IMG/VR virus record: IMGVR_UViG_2728369266_000002
Location: 1 to 42,222 of that record
Origin: a virus
DNA length: 42,222 bases
Direction: 5' to 3' (one strand)
Shown here: positions 6,858 to 14,995 of the stretch, one piece after another
How positions within the stretch are numbered: position 1 is the stretch's first letter
Layout of the letters: every line of letters starts with the position of its first letter
Translations under genes and position numbers: made by a program
The notes under the pieces: model-generated
What the model was told of the DNA's origin: nothing
Databases searched by the model: none
What the model saw: only the letters and a program-made list of their open reading frames with translations

Positions 6858-7172
6858 GTGTCGATGCGCTGTCCGTTGACCTCGACAGATGCTTACGCCA
6901 TGCCCGAGACAGCGCCCCAGGGCGCGACATCCTCGGTCATCGCTGACGCTCACACCCTGACCACCTTGCAGCAGCGATGGCCCACGCATCGCATTTGGAG
7001 ATCCCGCGACGAGGCGGGCCGCCCGGCGGGTTGGTACGCCACCGCCCACGATCCGGCTCCCGGTGAGGACCGCACCGTGGGCGCCGACACGGCGCGCCAG
7101 CTGGAGCTGAAGCTGGCCGCGCCGCCGGATCCCGCGCCCCGGTTTCAGCCCGGCGCGGTCGGCCGCTGGTGA
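6858..7172 (+). CDS. Hypothetical protein (start uncertain: GTG 6858 or ATG 6900)
   Basis: The composition after aa 15 is protein-like. There is no clear RBS, so the transcript may be leaderless. Two hairpins follow the ORF. Confidence 0.5.
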   Translation: MSMRCPLTSTDAYAMPETAPQGATSSVIADAHTLTTLQQRWPTHRIWRSRDEAGRPAGWYATAHDPAPGEDRTVGADTARQLELKLAAPPDPAPRFQPGAVGRW

Positions 7173-7183
7173 GACCTTCCCTC

Positions 7184-7212
7184 GGCGCCGCTCTCCCCTG
7201 AGGAGCGGCGCC
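7184..7212 (+). terminator. Stem-loop GGCGCCGCTC-N9-GAGCGGCGCC
   Basis: Perfect 10-bp stem, 12 nt after the stop at 7172. Confidence 0.5.
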
Positions 7213-7215
7213 ACA

Positions 7216-7258
7216 GCGGGCCCGGCCTTCCAGGAACAGGGAGACCGGCCGGGCCCGC
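7216..7258 (+). terminator. Second stem-loop GCGGGCCCGGCC-N19-GGCCGGGCCCGC
   Basis: Perfect 12-bp stem (7216..7227 with 7247..7258). Confidence 0.4.
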
Positions 7259-7414
7259 CTTCATCGGCCCCGCGGCCAGACAACCCGGACGGTGTCGGTC
7301 GCGGGGTCCCCCAGCCACCGCGCGGCGCCTTCCCGCCCCAGGGCGCCGCACCCCCGCGGGCCCGGCCGTTCTGTCCGAGGGCCGGGCCCGCACCCTCGAC
7401 AGGAGGCCGTCGAC

Positions 7415-7663
7415 ATGATCGCCTACATCGCCCACCTGGGCGACGACGAGGCGGCCGCCGCTGACGCGCGCCGGCTGGCACGGCTGCGCGGGGTGGTGTC
7501 CCCCCTGCCGGGCATCGTGCTCGCCACCCCCGCCGGCCTGATCCGGCTGATCCGGGGCGCCTCGGCCCGCACCATCACCGACGCCGACGGCGAGGAGCTG
7601 CTGGAGGTGTGCTGGCCGGACGGCCGCACCCTGCGGTTGCTGATCGTCGGCGACGACCGGTGA
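7415..7663 (+). CDS. Hypothetical protein (82 aa)
   Basis: The ATG at 7415 has AGGAGG 8 nt upstream. The upstream part of the listed ORF is Arg/Pro-rich shadow sequence. Confidence 0.7.
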   Translation: MIAYIAHLGDDEAAAADARRLARLRGVVSPLPGIVLATPAGLIRLIRGASARTITDADGEELLEVCWPDGRTLRLLIVGDDR

Positions 7664-7805
7664 CCCACTGACCGCCGCGCGGCCGGCCGCCCGACCCCCC
7701 GTGGTCGCGGCGTTACCCCCAGGCCGGCCGCGCGGTGCCGGCGGGGGGATGGCCGGACACGACGAATCGCCCCGCCGGCCGACGCTGGCGGGGCATCCTG
7801 GTGCC

Positions 7806-7994
7806 ATGGAGATGAGACTGGTCGACGGCCCACTCGACGGCGGGACGCTGGACGTGAGCGCGCTGAGCGCCGAGGAGATCGCCGGCGGCTTCGCGCTGCC
7901 CTCCCCCCACGGCCTGTACCTCGGGGGCCGCAGCATCTACGACCCCGACCCAGCCGAGCCCGGCGTGCTGCGGTGGCAGGGCGACGTGGCCTGA
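7806..7994 (+). CDS. Hypothetical protein (62 aa)
   Basis: The ATG lies at 7806 (MEMRLVDGPLDGGTLDV...). A strong bidirectional hairpin follows. Confidence 0.55.
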   Translation: MEMRLVDGPLDGGTLDVSALSAEEIAGGFALPSPHGLYLGGRSIYDPDPAEPGVLRWQGDVA

Positions 7995-8009
7995 CCCCGG
8001 GCATGCCGA

Positions 8010-8039
8010 AGCGCCCCCGCTCCGAAGAGCGGGGGCGCT
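8010..8039. terminator. Bidirectional terminator hairpin between convergent genes
   Basis: AGCGCCCCCGCTC-cgaa-GAGCGGGGGCGCT, a perfect 13-bp stem with a 4-nt loop. Confidence 0.7.
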
Positions 8040-8059
8040 GTGCTGCGCGGGGCGGGCGG

Positions 8060-8335
8060 TCAGGCCGCCAGGTCGTACTCCGGCCGGCGCCGGGTGAGCC
8101 CCAGCGACAGCAGGATGCGGCCCCATACCGGCGACACGTAGGTCTCCAGCGCGCGGGCGATCCCGTAGTAGGCGGCCGTCACAGCCACGGTGACGATCTC
8201 GGTGACCGCGCCCTCCGGCAGTTCGACACCGAGGCGGAGCGCCTGCACGAGCAGGACGCCAACGGCGACCGGCACGACGGTGCGCAGGATGGAGGCGAGC
8301 AGGCCGGGCGGGGGCGGATCAGAGTGGTGGACCAT
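8060..8335 (-). CDS. Two-TM membrane protein, putative holin or lysis accessory protein
   Basis: The ATG at 8335 is preceded by GGAGGGAAT. There are two hydrophobic helices. It is the last gene of the late operon, next to the endolysin. Confidence 0.7.
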   Translation of the reverse strand: MVHHSDPPPPGLLASILRTVVPVAVGVLLVQALRLGVELPEGAVTEIVTVAVTAAYYGIARALETYVSPVWGRILLSLGLTRRRPEYDLAA

Positions 8336-8444
8336 GGGGATTCCCTCCGGGCATAGATCAGCCCCGGGCCGGTGGCGCCGGGGCGGTGGTGCGCCCAGCA
8401 GCCGCAGTGCAGCCGCGGGGCGTGGCAGCGGGGGCAGTACTCGG

Positions 8445-9164
8445 TCAGGAGGCGCCGCCGCTGGTGAGGTCGCGCAGGCGGCGCAGCGCACGCTCCAGGA
8501 GCGTGCCCGCGTTCTTGCGGTCGGAGCTGTCGGCGGTGTCGGGGTCCTGGAGCTGGTAGCGCCAGACCTCCGCGGCGAGCGCCGGGCCGGCCGCGCGGAT
8601 CCGCTCGTCGATCAGCTTCTGGATCTTCTTCAGGTCGTCGCCGGTCAATTCGTCCTCCTCGGTGGGGGTGCCGCCGCTCGGCGGCTTGCTGAAGGTGCCG
8701 TTCTCCACGAGCGCGTAGAGCGCGTCGCCGGGGCACTCGGTGGCGATGAAGTCGCGGTGGCCGCGCACCGCGCCGGACACGCCGCGCTCCATCAGGTAGG
8801 CCCGCAGGTCGCGCACCCCCCGCACCTGCTCGTCCGTCGGCCGCTCGCTGCCGCCGAGCATCAGCGTGACGGAGTACCAGTTCGCGTTCCCCGAGGTCGT
8901 CCCCTGCGCCGCCTGGTACCGGTTGAGTCCGCGGCCGGTGAAGACCTCGCCGTGGCGGCAGGCGGCGTAGGAATACCCCACGTCCGCCCATCCGTTGCCG
9001 TTGATGTGGTCGGAGCGGATGCGCTTCCAGTAGGCGACGCACTCGTCGTGGCCGTCGAGGTCGGTGGCGGGGCCGTTGTAGTGGACGACGAGGCCGGAGC
9101 GCGGGTTCGCGTAGTCGGCGCCGGACGGCCCCCAGCCGAAGTACGAGCGCGGGCGGATGATCAT
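8445..9164 (-). CDS. Endolysin, N-acetylmuramoyl-L-alanine amidase (Amidase_2/PGRP type)
   Basis: Recognised motifs: GLVVHYNG..., GWADVGYSY and HRDFIATECPG. The ATG at 9164 has AGGAGG upstream and overlaps the upstream stop (ATGA). Confidence 0.9.
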   Translation of the reverse strand: MIIRPRSYFGWGPSGADYANPRSGLVVHYNGPATDLDGHDECVAYWKRIRSDHINGNGWADVGYSYAACRHGEVFTGRGLNRYQAAQGTTSGNANWYSVTLMLGGSERPTDEQVRGVRDLRAYLMERGVSGAVRGHRDFIATECPGDALYALVENGTFSKPPSGGTPTEEDELTGDDLKKIQKLIDERIRAAGPALAAEVWRYQLQDPDTADSSDRKNAGTLLERALRRLRDLTSGGAS

Positions 9165-9529
9165 ACGGGGCCTCCTGGTGGCTGGACGGTGATGTCCTGG
9201 CGGATGGTGGGGGCGGTCTGGTGGTCGGCGGTGTGGGCCTGGAGTGCGGTGCTGAGGTCGCCGAGCTTGCCGTCCAGGGCGCGGACCTTGTCCTTCAGCG
9301 ATCCGCCGGAGTTGTACGTCACCTCGTGCTCGATGCGCTGCACCCGCTCCATCAGGCCGGGGCGGGCGTCGACGCCGGGGCGGGCGGGCTCGCCGAGTAG
9401 GTCGTCGATGAGGTGGCCGGCCCGGCGCAGCCACCGGCCGGCGGCCCAGGTGAGACCGCCGACGGCGGCGAGGCCGGCGAGGAGGGCGGCGAGCTGCGCC
9501 ACGGTGAGGCTGCTGATCCAGTCAGGCAC
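9161..9529 (-). CDS. N-terminally anchored membrane protein, putative holin or lysis protein
   Basis: The TM helix is LTVAQLAALLAGLAAVGGLTWAA. The gene is coupled to the endolysin. Confidence 0.7.
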   Translation of the reverse strand: MPDWISSLTVAQLAALLAGLAAVGGLTWAAGRWLRRAGHLIDDLLGEPARPGVDARPGLMERVQRIEHEVTYNSGGSLKDKVRALDGKLGDLSTALQAHTADHQTAPTIRQDITVQPPGGPV

Positions 9530-10133
9530 GGGGGTGGTCCTCTCTGGGCTGGTCGCCGAGCAGGCGGCGGCGGTAGGCGGCGGCGCGGTCGGCGGGGGCG
9601 GTGCGGGCGGTCGTGGGGGTGGCGGCCTGGCGCAGGTGGGCGCGGGCGCGGGTGACGTGGTCGGCCATGACGGCGATCACCTCGGGGTCGGTGGGGGACT
9701 CGGCCAGCACCTGGTCGAGCAGCTTGTCGGGGTCGGCCAGGGGGACGCGCTGCCGGGCGGCGGCCACGCGTAGCCGGTGGGCGGCGCGGGCCTCAGTGAT
9801 GCTGTCGGCGGTGTGCAGGGTGCTCGGCATGGTGTCGCCGACGGCCACGCCGGGGCGGGCGACGAGGGCCGGCGCGTAAAAGCCGGCCGCGACCGCGACG
9901 TCTTCACGGACCCGTGCGGGGTCGGCGGGGTCAGGGATGAAGGGCTCGGCCAGCACCATGTCCAGGGCCTCGGCGGCGTCGACGCCGTACTCGGCCATCC
10001 GCCATTCCAGGCAGTCGGCGGGGAAGACGTGCTCGTGCGCCTCGCCATCGGCCCGGCGGTAGCGGATGCGCCAGCAGGGATGCCCGGGAGCGGGCTCGGC
10101 GGTGGTCACCGACTCCACCGTGTACTCGGTCAT
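9522..10133 (-). CDS. Hypothetical protein (203 aa)
   Basis: The ATG at 10133 begins MTEYTVESV.... The upstream part of listed ORF 9522..11528 is Arg/His/Asp-rich shadow frame inside the tail gene. Confidence 0.7.
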   Translation of the reverse strand: MTEYTVESVTTAEPAPGHPCWRIRYRRADGEAHEHVFPADCLEWRMAEYGVDAAEALDMVLAEPFIPDPADPARVREDVAVAAGFYAPALVARPGVAVGDTMPSTLHTADSITEARAAHRLRVAAARQRVPLADPDKLLDQVLAESPTDPEVIAVMADHVTRARAHLRQAATPTTARTAPADRAAAYRRRLLGDQPREDHPRA

Positions 10134-10144
10134 GCGGGCCCCTC

Positions 10145-13100
10145 TCATACGCGGAAGCACCAGAAGTTCACCCACACGCTCACGTTCGAGCCGGAGGTGA
10201 AGTTGGCGAAGGCCACCGTGAAGGAGTCCTGCGACGCCTCGGTCATCTTGTGGTGGAAGAACCTGCCGGAGTCTCCGCCGCTGGTGACCAGGCCGTAGAC
10301 GGGTGCCATCGCGGTGTCCATCGTGGGGCCGTAGCTCAAGGTCACGCTGTTCACGGTCGCGAAGAACTGCCTGCCGGTGAAAATGGCCTGGTCGCTCGCG
10401 GCGGCGACGTAGTCGAGGTAGCGGCCGTAGGTGCGGATCCGGCCGTCGTCGCCGTAGCGGGTCTCGACGCGCACCCCGGCGGGCGGGTTCCAACCGATGC
10501 GGGTGCCGGCCGCGTTGCCGTAGATCATCGGGCCGCTGGTGTGGGCCAGCTCGATGTAGTCCTCGGTGGCGTCGATCTGGGCGACGGTGTCGCCGCCCGC
10601 GATGGCGTTCACCCTGTTGAGGATCGCGCCCGCCGCGACCGTCAGCCGCGACCGCACGGTCCCGGCGTTGTTCTCGCCGGTCTCCAAGGCCATGGTCGCC
10701 TCGTCGGGGAAGGCCCCGTCGGTGGAGTAGATGCGGCTGAAGTTCGTCGAGGTGGAGGGGTAGAAGCGGATCTCGGCCAGCCACGCCGGATCGATGACGA
10801 CGCGCCGCCCGGACACGGCCGTGCGGATCACCGACCCGGTGACGATCTTGCCGGTGATGGCGTCGGCCGCCACCGCCTGGGCGGTCACCGCGCCCGCCTC
10901 GATCTTGTCGGCCGTGATGGCGTTGGCGGCGATGTGTCCGGCCTGGATGGCCAGGGCCTGGATCAGCGCCCCGGTGATCGACTCGGCGACGATCTTCTCG
11001 GCGGCGACGAGGGTGCCGTCGACGATGTGCGCGCCGTCGATCACCTCGCCGATCAGGTCGGTGTCCACCAGCGGCTGGGTGGCGATGACGCCGCTGGCGC
11101 TCTCCGCGCTCTCGTTGCCGGAGGTGTCGGTGGCGGTGAACCAGATCGTGCGGTCCTCGCCGTAGGGGGCGCCGACGATGACGACGCCGCCCGCGCCGCG
11201 CAGCTGGTCGACGGCCACCGGCGGGTTGGTGCCGTCCGACATCCACACCGTGACGTAGGCGAAGTCGCGCGGCATCGGGGCACCGGCGTGGTCGAGCCCG
11301 TCCCAGTCGGCGCGGATCACCCCGAGCCGGGTGGACAGCACCGGCGTCGACGGGGCCGGGGGCGGGGTGGCGTCGCCGGGCATGGTGACGGCGTAGACGG
11401 CGCTGAACTCGCCCTTGCGGCCGGTGGTGGCGACGGCGCGGACCTTGAACGCGTACTGCTCGCCGGTCTGCAGCGGTGACCAGGTGGTCGTCGTCTCGTC
11501 GGCCTCGGTGGCGGTGAGCTGGTACCACGGCTCGCCGGAGAGGTTGATGCGGGCGTACAGCTCGTAGCCGTCGACCTCCAGCGCCACCCCGGCCACGTCG
11601 GCGGTGACCGCGCCCCAGGTCGCGGTGATCTGGCCGCGCGCCGTCCCGTCCAGGTCGATGTACGCCTGCGGGTCGACGACCAGCCCGAGCGGCGCGGCCG
11701 GGGTGCGCCCGGCCGGGACGTCGGGCGCGGGTTGGGCGCCGGACCCGCCGCCGGCGGTCGCGCCGCCCACGATGCCGCGGGTGCGCCGCGCCATCCGGAT
11801 CTCGCGCTCGATCAACCGGTCATTGAGGACCAGGTTGCCCGAGACGCGTCCGTCCTGGTCGCGGGTGAGGGTGATCTGGCGGATCCGCAGCGGCGCCATG
11901 GTGCCGCCGTCGCCGGGGGCGAGGATGTAGTCGCCGGGCGCGTAGTCGCGCCACGGCAGCCACCGGGCGGTGTAGAGCGCCACGGCGCGGGTGATCTGCA
12001 CGCGCTCGGCGCCGCCGCGCTCCAGGGCTGCCTCGGCCAGCAGGATCGCGGTGCCGGTGTCGCTCACCCCGCCCTGGGTGATGTAGGTCTCCCACCGCCC
12101 CCACGGCAAGTCGGCGGACGGGTTGTCCAGCTCCAGGCTGAACCCCGCTTCGCCCTGCAGGTACACCGCCGAGACGGCATCCTCCAGGGTGCCCTCGTCG
12201 GGCGCCTCGACCACGTCGCGGCCGAGCCGCAGGTCGACCGGCGCCGGCCCGGACGCCAGGTCGGCGGCCAGCTCCGAATCCGCGTTGAAGACCCGCAGGG
12301 TCCGCCCCTGCGTGCACCAGTCCACCACGCCCTGCTCGGCCAGGTTGAGCAGCGCCGTGCCGGCGTCCAGGCCGGGCGCGTAGTAGATGGTGAGGACGGT
12401 GTCCCAGGGCTGGCCGTCGCTGTCGTGGGTGGTGGTGAAGTCGGTGTCCAGCCCGGCCAGTGCGCCGCGGGCGTGGCCTTCGTCGATCCAGGTGCGCAGG
12501 ATCTCCCCGGCGGTGGCCGACAGGAAGGGGCGCTTGCCGTCGACGAGCGTCGAGGGGTCCGGCGGCGGGTAGAGCGGGAGCTTGCCCAGCTGCCAGGCGT
12601 AGCCGGGCAGCTGGTAGTCGCGGGCGCCGGTCTGGTCGGTGACGTCGCCGCTGCGCGCGATGCGCAGGAACCGGGAGTTCGGCGGCTCGAACCAGGTGCC
12701 GGACCCGGGGTCGACCTCCACCGCGACCTCGACGGGCTGCGCCAGCCAGCTCGCGTTGGCGGCCAGCGTCGAGTACCGCACCCGCGCCGACGGGGTGTCG
12801 TTGAGCGGGGCGGCCACCTCCACCGACAGCGGGCTCGGCAGCACGCCCATGCGCGCGCCGTTCGGCTCGTAGGCGACCAGGCGCAGGTCCAGGTAGGCCG
12901 GCTGCTGCGGGTCGATGGGGATCGTGTCGTCACCGTCGCCCACCCCGGCCGGGGTGGCCACGGCCGCGATCGCCCCGCTGCCCGAGGTCGCGCGGGTCCC
13001 GGCCGCGGCGACGGCCGCCGGCGCCGGGACGGTGCCGGAGCCGGCCGCCGCGCGGGTGCCGGAGCCGCCGAGCAGCGCCGCGCCGGGAAGCTCGGCCTCG

Positions 13101-14104
13101 CCCTGGCCGTGCTTCACCCCGGTGCCGCCGGTCGCCGCGGTCGCGGTGATGGTGCCGGCGCCGTTGGGGCCCAGCGCCTCGCCCTCGCCCGCCAGCTGCG
13201 CCGCGCCGACCAGGGCGCCGGACCCTGCGCCACCCTTGGCGCCGGCGGCCGCGATGACCGCGATGCCGCTCGTCGCGCCGGTGCCGGTCAGGTCCACGTA
13301 CCGGGTGAGGTTGAGCAGGTTGTCGAGCGCGGCCCTGGTCTCGGGCCCGGTGATCCCGTCGACGAGCAGCCCGGCGTCGGCCTGGAAGGCGCGCACGGCG
13401 GTGTCGGTCTCCCCGCCCACCGACCCGTAGTCGCCGTCCGCGCCGAAGACCGGCAGCGGGTAGCCGGCCGCGATGAGGTCCTGCTGCAGCCGGGTGACGT
13501 CGATGCCGACGTCGCCGGGGCCGAGGATGCCGTCACCCGGCCAGTCGGCGGTGTCGCCGATCCTGACCCAGTCCAGGAACGCCGGACCTCGGCTCGCGCC
13601 GCCGGCGGTGAAGATCGCCGTGGTGTGGCTGCCCGACCGGCCGCTGGTCGCCTGATAATCGGCCGCGCCGCTGCTGAGGTAGTTCGTCCAGTAGAACCGG
13701 TAGGTGCTCGTGCTGCCGGTGGCGATCGCCTCAATGCGGATGGGCCGGTTGAACAGGTTGGCGGCCTGGGCGTTGTGGGAGACGCCGCCGAGGGTGAGCA
13801 CGCCGGTCTCGATCACGATCGTCGTGCCCGCGCCGAGGTTGATGCTCAGGTAGCCGCCGGTGGGGATGTAGGCGTAGGTCGCGAACGCCACCGAGGTGTT
13901 GCTGGTGGAGATCTGCCGCGACATCGACCCGACGGTGCCGGTGGCGCCGAGCCGGATGCACGGCCAGTCGGCGGTGTCGGGCCGCACCGCGTACATCGCC
14001 GGGCCGCTGATCGGGCTGAACCCGTTGCCGTGCAGCGTGCTGTTGGTCGTCGTCACCGCGACGCCGGGGCGGCCGTGGGTGGTGTTGACCCTGGTGAGCG
14101 CCAT
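10145..14104 (-). CDS. Tail-tip protein (Tal-like, 1319 aa) with an N-terminal lectin-like plus peptidoglycan-binding extension and FN3-like repeats
   Basis: The ATG at 14104 overlaps the Dit stop (TAATG). A PG_binding_1-like motif spans aa ~198-265. A Gly/Ala-rich linker spans aa ~271-393. Tal-type N-terminus (AYLDLRLVAYEPNGARMGVL) follows. The gene sits after TMP and Dit. Confidence 0.85.
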   Translation of the reverse strand: MALTRVNTTHGRPGVAVTTTNSTLHGNGFSPISGPAMYAVRPDTADWPCIRLGATGTVGSMSRQISTSNTSVAFATYAYIPTGGYLSINLGAGTTIVIETGVLTLGGVSHNAQAANLFNRPIRIEAIATGSTSTYRFYWTNYLSSGAADYQATSGRSGSHTTAIFTAGGASRGPAFLDWVRIGDTADWPGDGILGPGDVGIDVTRLQQDLIAAGYPLPVFGADGDYGSVGGETDTAVRAFQADAGLLVDGITGPETRAALDNLLNLTRYVDLTGTGATSGIAVIAAAGAKGGAGSGALVGAAQLAGEGEALGPNGAGTITATAATGGTGVKHGQGEAELPGAALLGGSGTRAAAGSGTVPAPAAVAAAGTRATSGSGAIAAVATPAGVGDGDDTIPIDPQQPAYLDLRLVAYEPNGARMGVLPSPLSVEVAAPLNDTPSARVRYSTLAANASWLAQPVEVAVEVDPGSGTWFEPPNSRFLRIARSGDVTDQTGARDYQLPGYAWQLGKLPLYPPPDPSTLVDGKRPFLSATAGEILRTWIDEGHARGALAGLDTDFTTTHDSDGQPWDTVLTIYYAPGLDAGTALLNLAEQGVVDWCTQGRTLRVFNADSELAADLASGPAPVDLRLGRDVVEAPDEGTLEDAVSAVYLQGEAGFSLELDNPSADLPWGRWETYITQGGVSDTGTAILLAEAALERGGAERVQITRAVALYTARWLPWRDYAPGDYILAPGDGGTMAPLRIRQITLTRDQDGRVSGNLVLNDRLIEREIRMARRTRGIVGGATAGGGSGAQPAPDVPAGRTPAAPLGLVVDPQAYIDLDGTARGQITATWGAVTADVAGVALEVDGYELYARINLSGEPWYQLTATEADETTTTWSPLQTGEQYAFKVRAVATTGRKGEFSAVYAVTMPGDATPPPAPSTPVLSTRLGVIRADWDGLDHAGAPMPRDFAYVTVWMSDGTNPPVAVDQLRGAGGVVIVGAPYGEDRTIWFTATDTSGNESAESASGVIATQPLVDTDLIGEVIDGAHIVDGTLVAAEKIVAESITGALIQALAIQAGHIAANAITADKIEAGAVTAQAVAADAITGKIVTGSVIRTAVSGRRVVIDPAWLAEIRFYPSTSTNFSRIYSTDGAFPDEATMALETGENNAGTVRSRLTVAAGAILNRVNAIAGGDTVAQIDATEDYIELAHTSGPMIYGNAAGTRIGWNPPAGVRVETRYGDDGRIRTYGRYLDYVAAASDQAIFTGRQFFATVNSVTLSYGPTMDTAMAPVYGLVTSGGDSGRFFHHKMTEASQDSFTVAFANFTSGSNVSVWVNFWCFRV

Positions 14105-14994
14105 TACGCGTAGGCCCTCCTCGCCCGGATCGCAATGCTGCTGGCCGCGGTGGTGCCGACGGCGGTGGCGGACACGACGATCCGCCTGGTGTGGGCGTCG
14201 TCGCCGACGACCGTCGGGGTGAGCTGCAGCCAGCGCGACGCGGATCCGGGGCCGGACGCGTCGACCTGGCCGGTGATGTCGGTGCCCTCGTCGAGGTCCC
14301 AGGTGTCGGTGTCGACCATGGCGGCGCGCAGCCGGCCGCAGTCGAGCAGCAGCCGCTCGCCGGCGGCCAGGGTGCCGGGCCAGGTGACCGCGCCGCCCGT
14401 CGGCCCGTCGGCCACCGTGACGCCGGTGGCCGGCCCCGTGGCGCGGATCAGCGCGTCGGGGATCGGGGCGGTGGCGCCGGCCAGGGTGGTGACGATCTGC
14501 CCGCCGCCCTCGCCGTCGAGGTCCCCGGTCCAGGTGACGGGGTCGACGTCGCGCCACAGCGCCGAGGGGATGCGCAGCAGCACGCGGAGCTGGGCGGCGT
14601 GCGCGGCGACCTGGGCGTCGCCGAGGTATTCGGGCTGGATCTCGGCGATGCTCTTGGCGTCGGCCTGCAGCACCCGCGATCCGATGGTGTGGCGCAGGTC
14701 CAGCAGCCGGTGGCGCACTCCCAGGACCGCCGACAGCGCGTCGAGGTTGGCCTCCAGTTGCGGCTCGCCGCCGTGCACGCCCTCGGGGGTGAGGTCGCGC
14801 ACCAGCAGCGTCATGCCCAGCACGGTCACCGCGGCGTCCTCACCCACCACCGGCAGCTCGCCGGACCTTCCCGGCACGGTCACCTCGATGTTGCGGGTGC
14901 CGGGCAGCGGGCGGCGCGGGCTGCCGGTGGCCAGGATGCGCCAGCAGCCGGCCGGGTGGTCCAGCGGGACGGAGTCGATGCTGTAGGTCGACAC
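14104..14994 (-). CDS. Distal tail protein (Dit-like / phage tail family)
   Basis: The call rests on position between the tape measure and Tal genes, size (296 aa) and beta-rich composition. Confidence 0.75.
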   Translation of the reverse strand: MSTYSIDSVPLDHPAGCWRILATGSPRRPLPGTRNIEVTVPGRSGELPVVGEDAAVTVLGMTLLVRDLTPEGVHGGEPQLEANLDALSAVLGVRHRLLDLRHTIGSRVLQADAKSIAEIQPEYLGDAQVAAHAAQLRVLLRIPSALWRDVDPVTWTGDLDGEGGGQIVTTLAGATAPIPDALIRATGPATGVTVADGPTGGAVTWPGTLAAGERLLLDCGRLRAAMVDTDTWDLDEGTDITGQVDASGPGSASRWLQLTPTVVGDDAHTRRIVVSATAVGTTAASSIAIRARRAYA

Positions 14995-14995
14995 C

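Noticed and set aside
10134-11528. N-terminal 465 codons of listed ORF 9522..11528, and likewise the upstream extensions of 10145..14557, 18314..19120, 18733..19374, 20022..21833, 24462..26252, 32586..34397 and 33659..36721.
   Set aside because: The upstream parts are Arg/His/Pro-rich read-through into neighbouring genes. Internal starts with Shine-Dalgarno motifs and stop/start overlaps give a consistent, tightly packed operon structure.
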